A stretch of DNA of 64,000 bases from Antedon mediterranea (Eukaryota > Animalia > Echinodermata), in NCBI RefSeq assembly GCF_964355755.1, contig NC_092673.1, positions 4,774,001 through 4,838,000 on the forward strand, in the 5' to 3' direction. The notes beneath the pieces are model-generated. The model made no database searches. It saw nothing but the letters and a program-made list of their open reading frames with translations, and was not told the DNA's origin. Below, piece by piece: positions 37,601 through 51,300 of the stretch (position 1 is its first letter; each line of letters opens with the position of its first letter). The position numbers and the translations under genes are program-made.

Positions 37601-38389
37601 ATTGATTATTCGAACTGTCGTTCGTGATTAGTCAATTCGCTTGTGTGGCGGCCTACGTCCTCGCGTTGCGTCCTATAGTGAGAACCAAGCTTTAACTAAT
37701 ACGCTGTTTGGGAGAAACTTTTCAATTTGCATAAATATGCAAATTAGCTATTTGTTTTAGAACTTACCTTAATTAAGTTTAAATGTCATCCTATATTGAA
37801 GAGGAGTGAAGAAAACTGGTGTAGTGTAACATGTTCTACCCGTCTCTTTACCGCCCGCACTCCTACGGCAGACGACACGTCCGTGCAAATAGCGCCCAAA
37901 TTACACCAGCCTTTTTATTTAACGCTCTGTCTACACTATCAAACTTTATGTGACAACAAGTGTGATGTGCCCATATATTGACATAATGACGTCGCTGCAC
38001 TACCATATTTGGGCATCACACTTTTGTTGTCAAAGTAGTTTGATAGTGTAGACAGCGCTTAAGTTTATTAAATATGCATGTTAAACCAAACAAATATTTA
38101 TTTTTAATAGGACGATGAAGATATAATAACAACAACAACAACGGATGACATGGATTACAATACAACAATTGAAAAGAAGACGGAAGAAACAACTACAAAA
38201 CGCTCTCGCTTTATTACGCCATTGCTATTCACAGACTGGACGCTTCTAGTTATTCTAGCTGGAGTTGAAGTTCTTGCCTATCTTTTTAGTTTAACTATTA
38301 TTTACCTTTTGAAACATTCTGGGAAGAATTCTGCACTTCCTATTGGAAGAAGGAAACCATTGTATAGGACAATCTCATGGAAATTTTGA
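34692..38389 (+). CDS. Uncharacterised ~156-aa type I membrane protein (signal peptide, acidic Thr-rich ectodomain, one TM helix, short basic tail)
   Basis: Exons 34692-34824 (donor AG|GCAAGT), 35370-35428 and 38111-38389; 471 nt, in frame. ...VVSYMALVYLLASYVNC/LPTS...EDEAGSSPDYTPVYGTTEYQDDEDIITTTTTDD...WTLLVILAGVEVLAYLFSLTIIYLLKHSGK...YRTISWKF*. The start Met is uncertain because there are several in-frame ATGs. Confidence 0.65.
35541..35641 (+). mobile_element. Helentron-associated (HINE/DINE-1-like) element fragment
   Basis: ACTCTATAGTTCACTAT-(GTCG/GTCT)n microsatellite-GCACGCGACT...GGCCTTGTT end. Confidence 0.6.
37527..37691. mobile_element. MITE family B (diverged)
   Basis: AGCTGGTTCCCACTAG...AGTGAGAACCAAGCT. 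Confidence 0.8.
37923..38059. mobile_element. MITE family A
   Basis: TIRs with TAA/TAA flanks. Confidence 0.85.
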
Positions 38390-38850
38390 TATAAGGCTCT
38401 TTTAAATAATCATTGAATTATTGCAGAAATGGTATTATGAAGGATAACAATGTTGGAGCGATATTGCTTCATCCGTCGGCGGGACCGACAGAACAACAGA
38501 ATAGCTTTACTGAAATGTTTTTAAACACGTAGTCACGCCATGTAAGCTACAAATGCAACCAGAAAAGATCATAGTCATGCTTTGAATATTATTATGAAGG
38601 AATAATGTGCAGTAATGGAGATATAATTAACGATTGCTTAAACTGTAAAACATGTACATTGCGAACAAAATTAAAAAGACAACTTTACATAATGCAAATT
38701 TTGAATAATCATTTTATTTAATACGATCAAAGGAAGGCCGATAAACCCACGTTTGGAACATAAATCTTGAAAAACATAATTAACGCTATTGTTTTGTCGG
38801 TTGGCCATCTTACATTTGTTTGTAGCGTCGGCGTTATAATGAGGCATCGT

Positions 38851-39200
38851 AAGGTTCGGTTCCCACGGACGCTACGCGAGGACGTAAGCGTAATTTGACC
38901 AATCACGACGCGATAGATTATCCGAACTCTGTCGCTTAAACTTGGTTCCCACTAAAACGTAACGCAAGGACGTAAACGCAACGACGTAAACGCAACGCAA
39001 GTGTGTTTACCATTGACAAGCAACAATTCAAATAATCCATCGCTTATGATTGGTCAATTCACTACGTTGCGTTACGTCCTTGTGTTGCGTCTCTAGTGGG
39101 AACCACGCTTTATGATTGGTCGACTCATTGCGTTGCGCCATGCTTCTGTGTGCGTCCAAGCATGGACCTATGATTATAGGTCCATGGTGAGAACCAATAA
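38851..39200. mobile_element. MITE family B copy (38939-39108) nested in an older family-B-like copy
   Basis: Outer halves at 38851-38936 and 39109-39197 flank a complete inner copy. Confidence 0.7.
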
Positions 39201-39569
39201 TATTCAGTTCTAAATTTATATATAACCGTACGTACAAAGTATGAACAGACAATTGGAAAGTACGAATTTATCGGTATTCCTTTTAGAGTGCAATCTACGT
39301 ATTGTTTATAATGTAAATACTAAAATCTTTAAAAAAAAATAGGAAGCAACATAGATATACTGTATTAGGATAATTATAACATCATATTTCCGTTAGATCA
39401 AAATCTCTTTTTAAATGGGGCCGGGTGTTCAATTACAATATAATCACTTTAAATAAAGAATTTTCTATATTTATCTGAATACAGAAATATGGAGAGAATC
39501 TTTAATTAGAGGAGAACTTATTTTAGGTCTACTATAACGATTTTATATTACTTTACTTTTTGTCTACTA

Positions 39570-40042
39570 CACTGTAAAAATAATGTTTAAATCTTAAACA
39601 TGTATTTTGTACTCACTTTTTCCACACGTTTAACGTTTAGATATAAACATGTTTAGGTTCTCAATACATTCTAAACATGTAGTCTGTATCCAACTCAACA
39701 CATCAGTGACGTATTGATTGTTAAACATGTGGAGCAATATAAAGACACGTTTAGGTTTTAAACGTATTTAATTTGCCATGTGTGGAGCTCATGTGTGGAG
39801 CTTTTTCCCTTCATAGTAAAACCATATGCACGCAACGCTAAACACGTATCTAAACATGTTGACTGAACATAATAGTGACATGTTGACTGCTAAACAAGCG
39901 GAGGAAAACAACATTTAGCTACAAACACGTATAGGTTTTAAACACACTAAACATCATTCTAACTACGTGTTTAAAAGCTAAACGTGTGGAAAATGTGTGT
40001 ACAAAATAGGTGTTTAAGATCTAAACATTTTTTTTTACAGTG
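39570..40042. mobile_element. CACT-ended (EnSpm/CMC-like) MITE, 473 bp, long imperfect TIRs, TA TSD
   Basis: TA|CACTGTAAAAA...TTTTTACAGTG|TA. An unoccupied duplicate of the target at 39527-39548 shows the 2-bp duplication. Confidence 0.85.
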
Positions 40043-43000
40043 TATAACGATTTTATATGAACATAATAACTGGAACAAGCTCTACCGATTAAAGCTATGT
40101 GGCAACGAATAATATTGACCCAAGAACAAATACATTTTTCTAATGACGTAAAAGAATACAATAAAAATACTAATAACAAATGTGAAGGTATGAAATTTAA
40201 ACCCTGACCTTAGAATAAATGAGCTTTATCATCCGGAAATTATAAAAATTATAGCCAAGGCGGTTAGGAGCTTTACATGTTTGGTACGAACACATTTATG
40301 ATGACGTATTATGCAATTAACTTTTATTATTATTGATGTTTGGTTATATAACGAACGTTTTTTTGTTGTAAAACTGCCATAATTTAAATGTCATTTGTGT
40401 GGGGGACTTAAGGCAATCGGCATAATAAAATCTATCGTATTTGACAGTATTTTAATTGCAATTATTCTCTTTTCGATTCAGGTCTTCGTTTGCATTTTAA
40501 ACAAACCGAAATATATTACGTTGGTTCTAACTCGGATAGGCATGATTTGGATACGGTTAAATTCGTTCTAACTACGTCTGAACCGTGCAAATCAAATGAT
40601 GTTTCGTGTCTGAATAATTATTAATACAATGTATTAATGAATATTTGTTTTGTTTTATCTGATTTCTAATGAATTAGGTCAAGAGAAATGTATTCGGAAA
40701 GCGAGAGGAAACGTTTTTGTTTTATAGGCCGTAACTTTATCTGATCTTGAATGAATTAGCCCAAGAAATAGATTTGAAAGCGAGAGGCGTACGTTCATAA
40801 AATAAGTATTATGCACTTGTAATTAGGCCTACAACCTATCGAATTCAGGTTAGGTTTCCGGAAGAATTAAGTTAAGTTTTACTGGTACTTGTTGTAGTGT
40901 TCTGTTACTACGGAGTCAACATGGTCTGTTTCTGCGAATGTTTTCTTTATGAAAAGTTTGTTTTTAAACATTTCGCAAAGCATTGGGTTACCGGGCTCAA
41001 CGTTTTCTGTCTTTCCAAACCCCCTTCCTTCCCATCCCCCTATTCTCCTGTAAACAAACAATCCGCGCTTATAAATAAAAACAATCTTTTACACGCTGAT
41101 CTCCAGACTTAAACTTTGTTTACTACATGATTAAGAATCAACATTTTACCGTGAAAATATCTTCGACTGTTTCGGGTCGTTAATGTAAAAAAAAGAAGAT
41201 TGATTGAAGGTACATAAGTGTAATGAGTACAAAAAACAGTCACAAATGGTTTGGAAATATATCGTATCTTGCTACTAAAACTTGATTTCCAATGGTACAA
41301 TAAGACAAAAACATCCTATTTTACGTCACACAATGCTTTTAAAATAATACATGCATTTGTGTTTACTGTGTTTTTCACACAAAAAAGGATAAATAAAATA
41401 ACCTTTACATGCCATCTTCTCAGTGACATCAATCAATCCTTATACTTATTATAAAAAATATGTACACTAATGAATGACAAGTAGTAGTAGTTGGCAATGT
41501 ATATGGAAAAGCAATTTCGGATGGAGTTCGAGTAATTAATATCCGTTATTTCTACTTCTTGGGTAACAAAAGAACACGTTGAATAGTAAACCCTAAACCG
41601 ATAAATAACCAACCAACCCCAGTCTACGTTCTTTTTGCGATGAAGAGAATAAATTGTTTGGTCAAACAACGTTCATGGTCAGATACGTTATCCATTATAT
41701 TTCTTCGTAACAAAAGACTACATTTTAAATAGTAAACCCATTACCGACAAATTTAATTAATGTGAATAGTAATATCATAGTTTTACAAGCCAACAAACAT
41801 GCCAAAATTACGTTTATTATGGAGGAACTTATCCTAATTGTGGCAACCTTTTAATATAAGGGGACACCTCTATTAAAGGGACACTTTCATGTGAAATGAA
41901 CAAGGAGCATCGTTTCAACACTACAGCCACCCCATATTCAGGGGACACATTATTAAGTGCATGCTTTCTTTCTAGGAGTCGTTTTGTCAGAGCTACAGTA
42001 CAGATACGTCTAAGGTTTTGAGCTACCAAACATCATGTAAAACAGTGTGCTATACAATGTTATTTCTTTATTTTTACACGACCTCAAAGATCAATAATGC
42101 ATTTGTAGAAATATACAATGTAAAATTAAAATAATAAAAAAATTAATTAGTATTGTAAGTGCTTAATTCGTTTTCTGTCGTCTGTTTTTGATTTGTAACA
42201 AAGACTAAATCTATTTTCTGTCAGTTTGTGTTATTCGAAGACTAAAATAGCCTTGAAATGTTTAGGCCTACCTACTGTAGACCTTACTGATTCTATTTTC
42301 TGTCGTCTGTTAGTTTTTGTTATGGAAGACTAAAATAGTCAGGGAATTTTATCTCCTCCATACGCTGATCGATTCTATTTTCTGTCGTCTCGTATTTTGA
42401 TTTGTAACGAAGACTAAAAAGTCTTGAAATGTTTACCTCCTATACACTGATTCTATCAACAATAATTAATCATTAATTGACCGGTGTGGACGTACTAGTA
42501 GTATTGAGGGATTTATAATCAACAGTCTCGCTTAATGAAAAGAACCTGTCGTCACACTGTGTACTGTATACTGAACATGCTTCATATCCATCGATTAATC
42601 AGGCAACATTTTTTAAAGTTATTAATTAATTGGACGTGGCACTCTAGTAAAGAAACAATCACTGTGTAAAGTGTCATATCTCCACTTGGTCAGTCCTCGG
42701 AGGGAACGGCATTGTTGTCATAATATCCAATATCGATGGTCCAGCATAATTAACAATTTCATAATAAGCGTAACCAAAACAATTATTGTAAACTCGCTCA
42801 TTTGACATGCAAATTATTTCAAACAAGAAAATACACATAAATATGGATTTACTGGTATTTTTTGTATCTGTCCGGTATTGGCATATTTCTCGTGTGAAGT
42901 ACATGTGGAAAATTCAGTTCGCAATTATTTGTTTAAATTTGTTTGAACAAAACGAAACCCAATACAGGACAATGGTAAGACAACACAAGAATGAAAGGTT

Positions 43001-43562
43001 ATATTATATGAAAATATTAATAGGCCTATGTTGCTGATAGTGAATATACAATTCCTGAAATTGTACTCGACGAAGGGATTGAGACTGTACTGACCCCACC
43101 CCCATTCTCTGTACTGTACTTATGAATTTATCCAGTATAGGAATATTTGGTAATACAACATGACTATCTACGACCTAACATTTAACCTAACCATGATACA
43201 TGCAACATATGTGATACAGATTTGATGCTGTATTACAAAATATTCCTTGATACTGGGTAGATATTGTAGTATGGAGAGATACAGCAGAATCGGGTAATTG
43301 AACGCTGCATGCCTTGGAATGGTTTTTTATTGTACAATAACACATAACCGACCAGTAATCTTATGCCAAAAATAGCAAAACGATCGAATAATAAATACAA
43401 CAAAACGATTTTTAATAACATAATTCATATTAATGAGATGAACCATAATTATTCTAATTCTTTATATTATTATCTATCTGTACGTACGTACATAACTGAC
43501 AAACAATATTATATACCGTTGAAAATAATGCGCTGAAATAACATCTAAATACCCATACCTTA

Positions 43563-43998
43563 AGCTTGGTTCCCACTAGAACGTAACGCAAGCAAGCCAT
43601 CGCTTGTGATTGGTCAATTCACTTGCGTTGCGTTACGTCCTTGCGTTGCGTCGCTAGTGGGAACCACGCTTTATATTTGGTCACATTAGAGACGCAACAC
43701 AAAGGACGTAAGCGCAATATAAAGCGTGGTTCCCACTAGAGACGTAACGCAAGGACGTACGCGCAACGCAAGCAAGTTGACCAATGACAAGCCACTGTTC
43801 GAATAATCCATCGCTTGTGGTTGGCCAAACCCCTAACGTTGCGTGACGTAGGTATTTGCGTTGCGTCGCTAGTGGGAACCAAGCTTAAGTGATTTGATCA
43901 ATCACAGGCGGTGGATTATTCAAACTGTCGGTTGTCATTGGTCAATTTGCTTGCGTTGCGTCTACGTTCTTGCGTTGCGTCTCTGTAGTGAGAACCGA
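43563..43998. mobile_element. Cluster of MITE family B copies (43563-43670, 43723-43885, and an older interrupted copy)
   Basis: Multiple GGTTCCCACTAG / CTAGTGGGAACC termini. Confidence 0.8.
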
Positions 43999-44496
43999 TC
44001 TGTAGTTACACACAACTCCACTATTTGGAATACCTTGATCAACGTATGAAGTATTACAAATACGTTATGTAATTAGCAGTAAGTGTTTAATGGTATCTAA
44101 CCTATAATTTATATCCGTAAATTACATTATTGTTCAAACGATTAATTTCAAACTTCAGTGCTTGGCAATTGATACAAAAATTCCAGTCAATTTAGTCGAG
44201 TACAGAATGTGTGCAGTGAAACCTAACTAATTACAAGGTAATGGTAAGGAAGGCCAAAGCGATGGGTGAATTTAGTTTGCTGATTTCTGTTCGATGATGA
44301 AATGGAGGAAGCATCCAAATCCATTACCGCATTCCAGTTTGAGCTTCATTAACATTAAGATCTTATCAGCAAATCTATTCTTGTCTTGTAAATCTTTTCT
44401 TGTACAGCGTTATTGAGGGCGATCTTCATATAATAAATAATCATATTATTCTTAATTTCGAAATTCAGGATGGAAGTTATTTGTTTTACTGTTAAT

Positions 44497-45270
44497 ATGT
44501 GTCCCTACCACGTCATTTGTTTTGTTGTACATGTGTCCCTACCACGTCATTTGTTTTGCTATTGTGCCTGTGTCCTCATCACGTCATTTGTTTTGTTGTT
44601 GTACCTGTGTCCCTACCACGTCATTTGTTTTGTTGTACCTGTATCCCTATCACGTTATTTGGTTTGTTGTGCCTGTGTCCCTACCACGTCATTTGTTTTG
44701 TTGTACATGTGTCCCTATCACGTCATTTGTTTTGCTGTACCTGTGTCCCTACCACGTCATTTGGTTTGTTGTACCTGTGTCCCTATCACGTCATTTGTTT
44801 TTTTGTTGTCCCCGTGTCCCTACCACGTCATTTGTTTTGTTGTACCTGTGTCCCTATCACGTCATTTGGTTTGTTGTGCCTGTGTCCCTACCACGTCATT
44901 TGTTTTGTTGTACCTGTGTCCATATCACGTCATTTGTTTTGCTGTACCTGTGTCCCTACCACGTCATTTGGTTTGTTGTACCTGTGTCCTCATCACGTCA
45001 TTTGTTTTGTTGTTGTCCCTGTGTCACTACCACGTCATTTGGTTTGTTGTACCTGTGTCCTCATCATCACGTCATTTGTTTTGTTGTTGTCCCTGTGTCC
45101 CTACCACGTCATTTGTTTTGCTGTTGTGCCTGTGTCCCTACCACGTCATTTGTTTTGTTGTACCTGTGTCCCTACCACGTCATTTGTTTTGCTGTTGTGC
45201 CTGTGTCCCTATCACGTCATTTGTTTTGTTGTACCTGTGTCCTCATCACTGTATTTGTTTTGTGTCCTCA
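44497..45270. repeat. Minisatellite, 34-37-bp unit GTACCTGTGTCCCTA(C/T)CACGTCATTTG(T/G)TTTGTT, ~22 copies
   Basis: Directly visible. Stop-free in all three plus-strand frames. Confidence 0.95.
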
Positions 45271-46189
45271 TTCATTGTATGCATAACAACAGCCCAGTAT
45301 GCATTCTGCAGTATCACAAGTGTCCAAACACCCCACACATAAATAAGTTTATTAATTATTTGTTTAAAAAGAAATATCATTTTGATAGACAATATTTCAA
45401 AATTATTTTTTGTGCGAGCAAAAGAATAGTTAATATGATTTCATATTGCATATTAATGTTTGTATATCAAAATGTTTTTATATCCTCAGGCTTGCATTTG
45501 GAAATATATGTCATAGACTATGAATCTATGAAATAACATACAGCATTCTACATTATGAACTCATAAATACATTACCATTGCATTTAATTATGTTTACTTA
45601 AAGTCTGATATTTGATCCTACGCTTTAGAAAATTAATATAATGTTATGAAATTAATGCCTTTGACATTTCAAAAAACCATAACGCAATGTGAAATCATTT
45701 TCACGCTGTATAATAGGATAAGTCTACATATATGCACACTGGCTAATTATAGACTACTACACTAGTCATGGTACGCAAAATAAAATACTCATCAATCATG
45801 TTTTTTATACAGTCATCATTTTATTTTGAACACTTGTTTAAAATGCATGAAAAAGAAGCTGTATATGTAGAATTGCATGTACAGTTGTACACAACTTGCA
45901 ATACATTTATGCATAGCAACTTATAATTAACAAATTAAAATACAAGAAATATCTTGTATGAATTTAGTGAACCATTTAAGCTGATATTTGAAAATCAATG
46001 AACACAACTTTCAACAAGTAAAACAAATATTGATGAGTGATGTAAATAGACCTTATCATCACCATTTTTGATAATTAATTATTTTAATGTTGAACTTTGA
46101 CACAGTAAAGTAAATGTCATTGCTTGGATGGGATATGTATTTTATTACAAATGATTAATTACATTTCTTTCTGTCAACTCAACAGTTTT

Positions 46190-46575
46190 ATACAGTATGT
46201 AATTTAATAATTGAATTAATAAATCCTATTACTGTAATGATAAATATTACATTGTAATAATTTACAGAGTATGTAATTTAATAATTTAATTAAAAAATCC
46301 TATTACTGTAATGAGAAATATTACATTGTAATAATTTACAGTATGTAATTTAATAATTGAATTAATGAATCCTATTACTGTAATGAGAAATATTACAATG
46401 TAATAATTTAAAGTATGTAATTTAATAATTGAATCTTATATTATAAGAATAAATCTTATAACTGTGACAAATATTACATTGTATTAATTTACGTATGTGA
46501 TTTAATAATTGAATCTTATTTTAAGAACAAATCTTATTACTGTAATGATAAATATTACATATTGTAATAATGTTA
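46190..46575. repeat. AT-rich tandem repeat, ~70-80-bp unit, ~5 copies
   Basis: GTATGTAATTTAATAATTGAAT...TATTACTGTAATGA.AAATATTACATTGTAATAATTTA repeated. Confidence 0.85.
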
Positions 46576-48164
46576 ATAAAGTTAAATTAATAATAATAAT
46601 ATGATATATAAAAATGAACCATCAACAGACTATTACACATTCACAAGTATCTTACGTGCAATGATAGCTTATGGCAAGCTTTATCGCGACAATAGAAGTC
46701 TAACATGCATAATGACTCTTGCTAAGCTGTGAAAAGTTCACCTAATTTTATTCAGAATCTACAGTATACATTTTATCTGGTATAATGGATATTTTTCAGA
46801 AATAAAGTTTATTATGCAGATAGTAGTATGCAGATATGTTTTATTTTGTTTGATGAAATTCCACAAAAAAAAAATATTCTGTATATGAACGAGAATAGTC
46901 TCAGGGGGCTTAGGCACGAAATTTGGACAAAATTAGGAATTGTAATAAATAAGTTTTGTGCCTGAAGTGGGTGTGAGATACGTGAGGATGGGATTATATT
47001 CGGTTATATAATGGTATATATATTTTTCTGTGGCATTTATACAACAACACAACAGTATCTGTGATTTGCACATCTGGACCCATCACTTATTTTTGTCACA
47101 TAAAGTTGGATAGTGTAGACAGAGCTTTATCATAATTTCCTTAGTACTAAAAATTGTTTAAGAGAATTAATTGACTTGTTTGTAATTAGCAGATGTTTAC
47201 TGTACATTGCTATTACATCTTGATATGGTGACATTGACGTATCCGCTCTAGTACAAATTATTCCGTTTGATGAATGCGGTAATTAGTATTAAACTTAGTC
47301 AACACTCGCTGTACTAAACAAATGTACGTAAATATCTTTATTTCTAATTGATAAATTGTGTTGGCAAACAATCACCCACTCAAATTGTATCTATCTATCT
47401 TGATTCATTTGTACTGTTGTGAATAACATGTGATGTCATTCATATGCTAATATTTAGTCTATTCATTTTGTTGTGATTTAAGCAAGGAAGAATTAGTTTG
47501 TTCTAAGATATTCATGACGATGTGTAGTCTAATTAATTTGCCAAGAAGCATACATATGAATTTTCACATTGTTTTGGTGTGAACCTATCTTGTAGCATTA
47601 ACGATAGAATTTGATATTACAAATTCAGAATAGTCTGATATGAATTTGTCAGATTCATAACTTGCACTGAATGACCCCAAAATTATGGGTCAGGCAGATT
47701 TACAAACACACTAATTGACTATGCCCATTTATTTGTCAATGCTTTAAACTATAAAAAGACCAAACAATGATAATACAACAGTTTAAATTCATTACAATTT
47801 GGGTGAAAGACTTATGATTGCATAAACACGAAGGACAATTCCAAATAAATTATTTTTTCCACATCCCAGGTTTTAAAAATAATTTTGGGGCATTTTGCTA
47901 ACTATACAAACAAAATATTAAAATTTGAAAGCTAAATAATGATATCGTTGTGTTGTAACATTACTGTTTAATGGCTTACATTGTGCATTTTAATAAATCC
48001 TGTATAAGATCCAAATTAATAACGAGAAAATTGTGGAATTATGAATATTACAACTTAATAAATATATAAAATGTACAAAAATATAAAATAATAGTTGGGA
48101 AGCTTTCTGGATGTCACAGAAAAGCATTGTATAAAAAACTGTGTATTAAAATGAAAACGGGGAA

Positions 48165-48345
48165 ATATGAGAGGGATTGGCGAGTAAACTGAGAAGAGAG
48201 AGAAGATGAGGTAGAGGGGAGAGATAGTTGGAAGAGGGGAGAGAGAGAATGAGAGTGAGAAGGGAGAGCGGGGGGAGTATGGGAGGGAGAAGACTAAGGG
48301 AGAACATAAGAGAGGGAATAACATAGGGAAGAGAAGAGATAAGGT
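48165..48345. repeat. Purine-rich (GA/GGGA) low-complexity tract
   Basis: About 180 bp, almost entirely G/A on the plus strand. Confidence 0.8.
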
Positions 48346-51300
48346 GGTTTTATTCCTGAAGTCAATTTAGTAAGATTACTGTATAGACTTTAAAAACAAG
48401 CTGTTTATTTATTTTAGCAAGGACAGAGAGCTTATGTAAACAAATAAAACTTATTGATATTAAATTAATCTCTACCAAACTAATTTTGTATAAAAAACTG
48501 AATAATAAACTAAATATGGTAAACAAATCTGCCACTAATTATTATTATGAAAAAAACAATAGACAACCAACATGTTTTGATAGATAGTATATGAAAATAT
48601 TGGCAAATGGAACAATATTGTATTATTTATTATAATATAACAAAAATAAATGTGATATAATGGCATGAATATCGTAATAATTTGGATTGAGTATAGGTAA
48701 TATCATCATGTATTAAGAAAATAAATTATTGTATTTATTGGTTTGTAGACAAAGTTATTGCTTTTTATTGGACAAAATAAAATGATCAAAAAACTAATAA
48801 CATTTCTTCAAGAAATAAATTTATCCACAGTAGTAGTTAGTTTGAGTTGATTGGCTGCCTTTTCTCATTTATTTCTAATTTGTAATAATATGTCTTTAAC
48901 AAATCCTGTGTGCTTAGACAATACTGAAAGCATTCATCTATGTGTGTTCTTGCAAACCTATTATTACAACACTTAGTACGCTCATAACTTATGAGTTAGA
49001 TTATTGGCTACTCTTGTAACTAGCTACACTATCATTAAATCATCAAAATACTGATAGATTCAAACACTAGAAGATCCACTGAATAAATCCAGATAAAACA
49101 ATACAAGATTCTTGAAAAGTTGAATTCTCAACATTTGTTCTGTCTCTTTATTTTGAGTTACACTCATATTACTGATAATAGATTCAAATTTTATTCTAAT
49201 TCTGCCATCATCCAAGGGGGAAAAAACAAGATATTTTAAAAGTATGTTTTGGTTGTCGATTTAAACACACTCCTCATCTGAATTAAGCAGCTCTATACTT
49301 TCTTCGCTAGGATATTCTTTTTAACATTAATGAAAAATAGTTCTCTTTCATACACAATACAACCAATTGATTTTCCCCAAACTATTATATGCCCATATAT
49401 GGCAATAATATGGCCAAGACATGATCAAATAGATTTCTGGCAAAGTAGTTTCTTTCTTTAGATTTACATTTAATAATTGTAAATTAAAATATTCCAATTT
49501 GTATGGTTGTTATTGATGGATGTTAACCATCCTATAATGTAGAATATGTGGTTTTAAAATTAAGAAATAAAACACAGGGAATTTCAGTTCTCCTGCTGCG
49601 ATAATGAAATTTCAATGAACATACACTAAATTTAGAAATAAAACAACAAATAAATAATCTTAAATTATGAGGGTATTAAAAGTGAGCATATCAATTTGTT
49701 GTATTATTTCAATTTAATTTGTTGTAAAGGCTTATGGTAACATAAAATATGCATTAAAACAAATAATTGCATTACCATAATATTTCTATATTAAGCGCTA
49801 CTGTACACTCAGAGGAATAAGTGAAACTTGCATACATAATGTTGGTAACGTGAAAACTATGAGAAAAATATATACAGTATAAGAATTTTATTTGAAAATC
49901 AATACAGTATTATGAAATGCAATACATTTTTCTAAATATCTTGGCAATTAAAGCTACCAGTAAATCCTTTATAGCAAAAAGCCACACACTGTTGATATTT
50001 TATTTTCAACCATCATTAATTTATACTTTGTCATTACTATTGTCATCTTAACACTTGAAATATCAAATTTGAAACAGCAAAGGTAAGAATTGAATGCAGA
50101 GCTGGTGCAGAAAAAGAGGTATTTGCAGAGGGTAGAGAATTCTATTGAGGTGGCCACAACCAAATAAATGAAATTGGTTGATGTTGTAAAGTATCACTTG
50201 TCAGTGTGAATAACATTAACAGTAGATACTAGACAATGTAACTAGAACTTAAAAGTTAGAGGACACCTTTGGGAACCAAAAAAGTGTCTCCTGGCCTTAA
50301 TATGGTGTTCAAATAATAGAAAGGGTTTGTTGTAGTTTTAAAACCCTTTTCATTTCACAGGATAGTGTTTCCCTAATAGGGATAACCGCTAAATAGATGG
50401 AAGGGGAGGGGGTGGAGAAATTGGGTAGGGGTGTTCTAACAGCCAAGGTACAAGTATAACCTAGAACTAATATTTTAAAAAATGGAAACAGAAAAGTATT
50501 TCATTAAAGTTCAAATATTCAAAATTTAATATAAATTTCATATAATGCTGTTAAAGAATCATATTGGAAAATCTAATATGAAAATTTAAATCCTCATGAA
50601 AGAAAGTTATTTCAGAACTGAAGAACTCATTATTACTGCAAAATCAATTCACGTTCTTCATGCAAGTCAGACACATTACTACTGGGAGATTTTGTGATAT
50701 ATAGGCCTAGTTCAACTGCAAGCTGTAACAGAATAGCAAATGTGTTTTTATCTAATGAAATATAACATATGTATTTGTTTACTGAATAATAAGAAAGAAA
50801 TCAGAAATGTGATTATTTCGAATAAATTGAAACTGGACATCTAATTTTGAAACGACACGCAAGTGAGGCATATCTACTTTCAGACCAGCCAATCTTTAGT
50901 ACTGTATCATAATTTGTACCATATCATAGGCAATTTTTGGGATACAGTGTCACATGTGATACACAATAGATGCTGTATTACATGGTGTATGATACAAGAA
51001 AAATATTTTCATATAGATACTACTACTAGACTTAGACTGTAATCTGATGGAAAATTACGGTCAGCCTTTGATTAAATTACCATTTGAGTACTGTATTCCA
51101 ATTCTCATCTCAAATTTCCAATTAAGTATGTAATTTGTTTGTAATTTATGCAGATTTATTAACCTTGAAGGCAAAAGAAATAAAACCTTTAAAACAATAG
51201 TTCATCAACATATTATACTACTAATCGGTACAGAATTAAGATTTTTTGTGAAAACACATTTAAAATATAATAAATTGTCCATTTTATCAAACTTAAAAAA

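Noticed and set aside
38427-38532. Extra exon after the orphan gene stop (NGIMKDNNVG...FLNT*)
   Set aside because: An acceptor-like ttgcag exists, but I found no convincing in-phase donor upstream. Treated as 3' UTR.
40100-44460. Short ORFs between the orphan gene and the minisatellite
   Set aside because: No recognisable domains or consistent exon chain. A lncRNA cannot be excluded.
44497-45270. CRISPR-like array
   Set aside because: The ~34-bp units are contiguous with no unique spacers, there are no cas genes, and the context is eukaryotic.
44470-45536. Three overlapping 254-345-aa Cys-rich ORFs
   Set aside because: They result from a stop-free minisatellite. There is no splice or domain support.
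48055-48324. 89-aa Ser/Leu/Pro ORF
   Set aside because: Translation of a polypurine/polypyrimidine tract.
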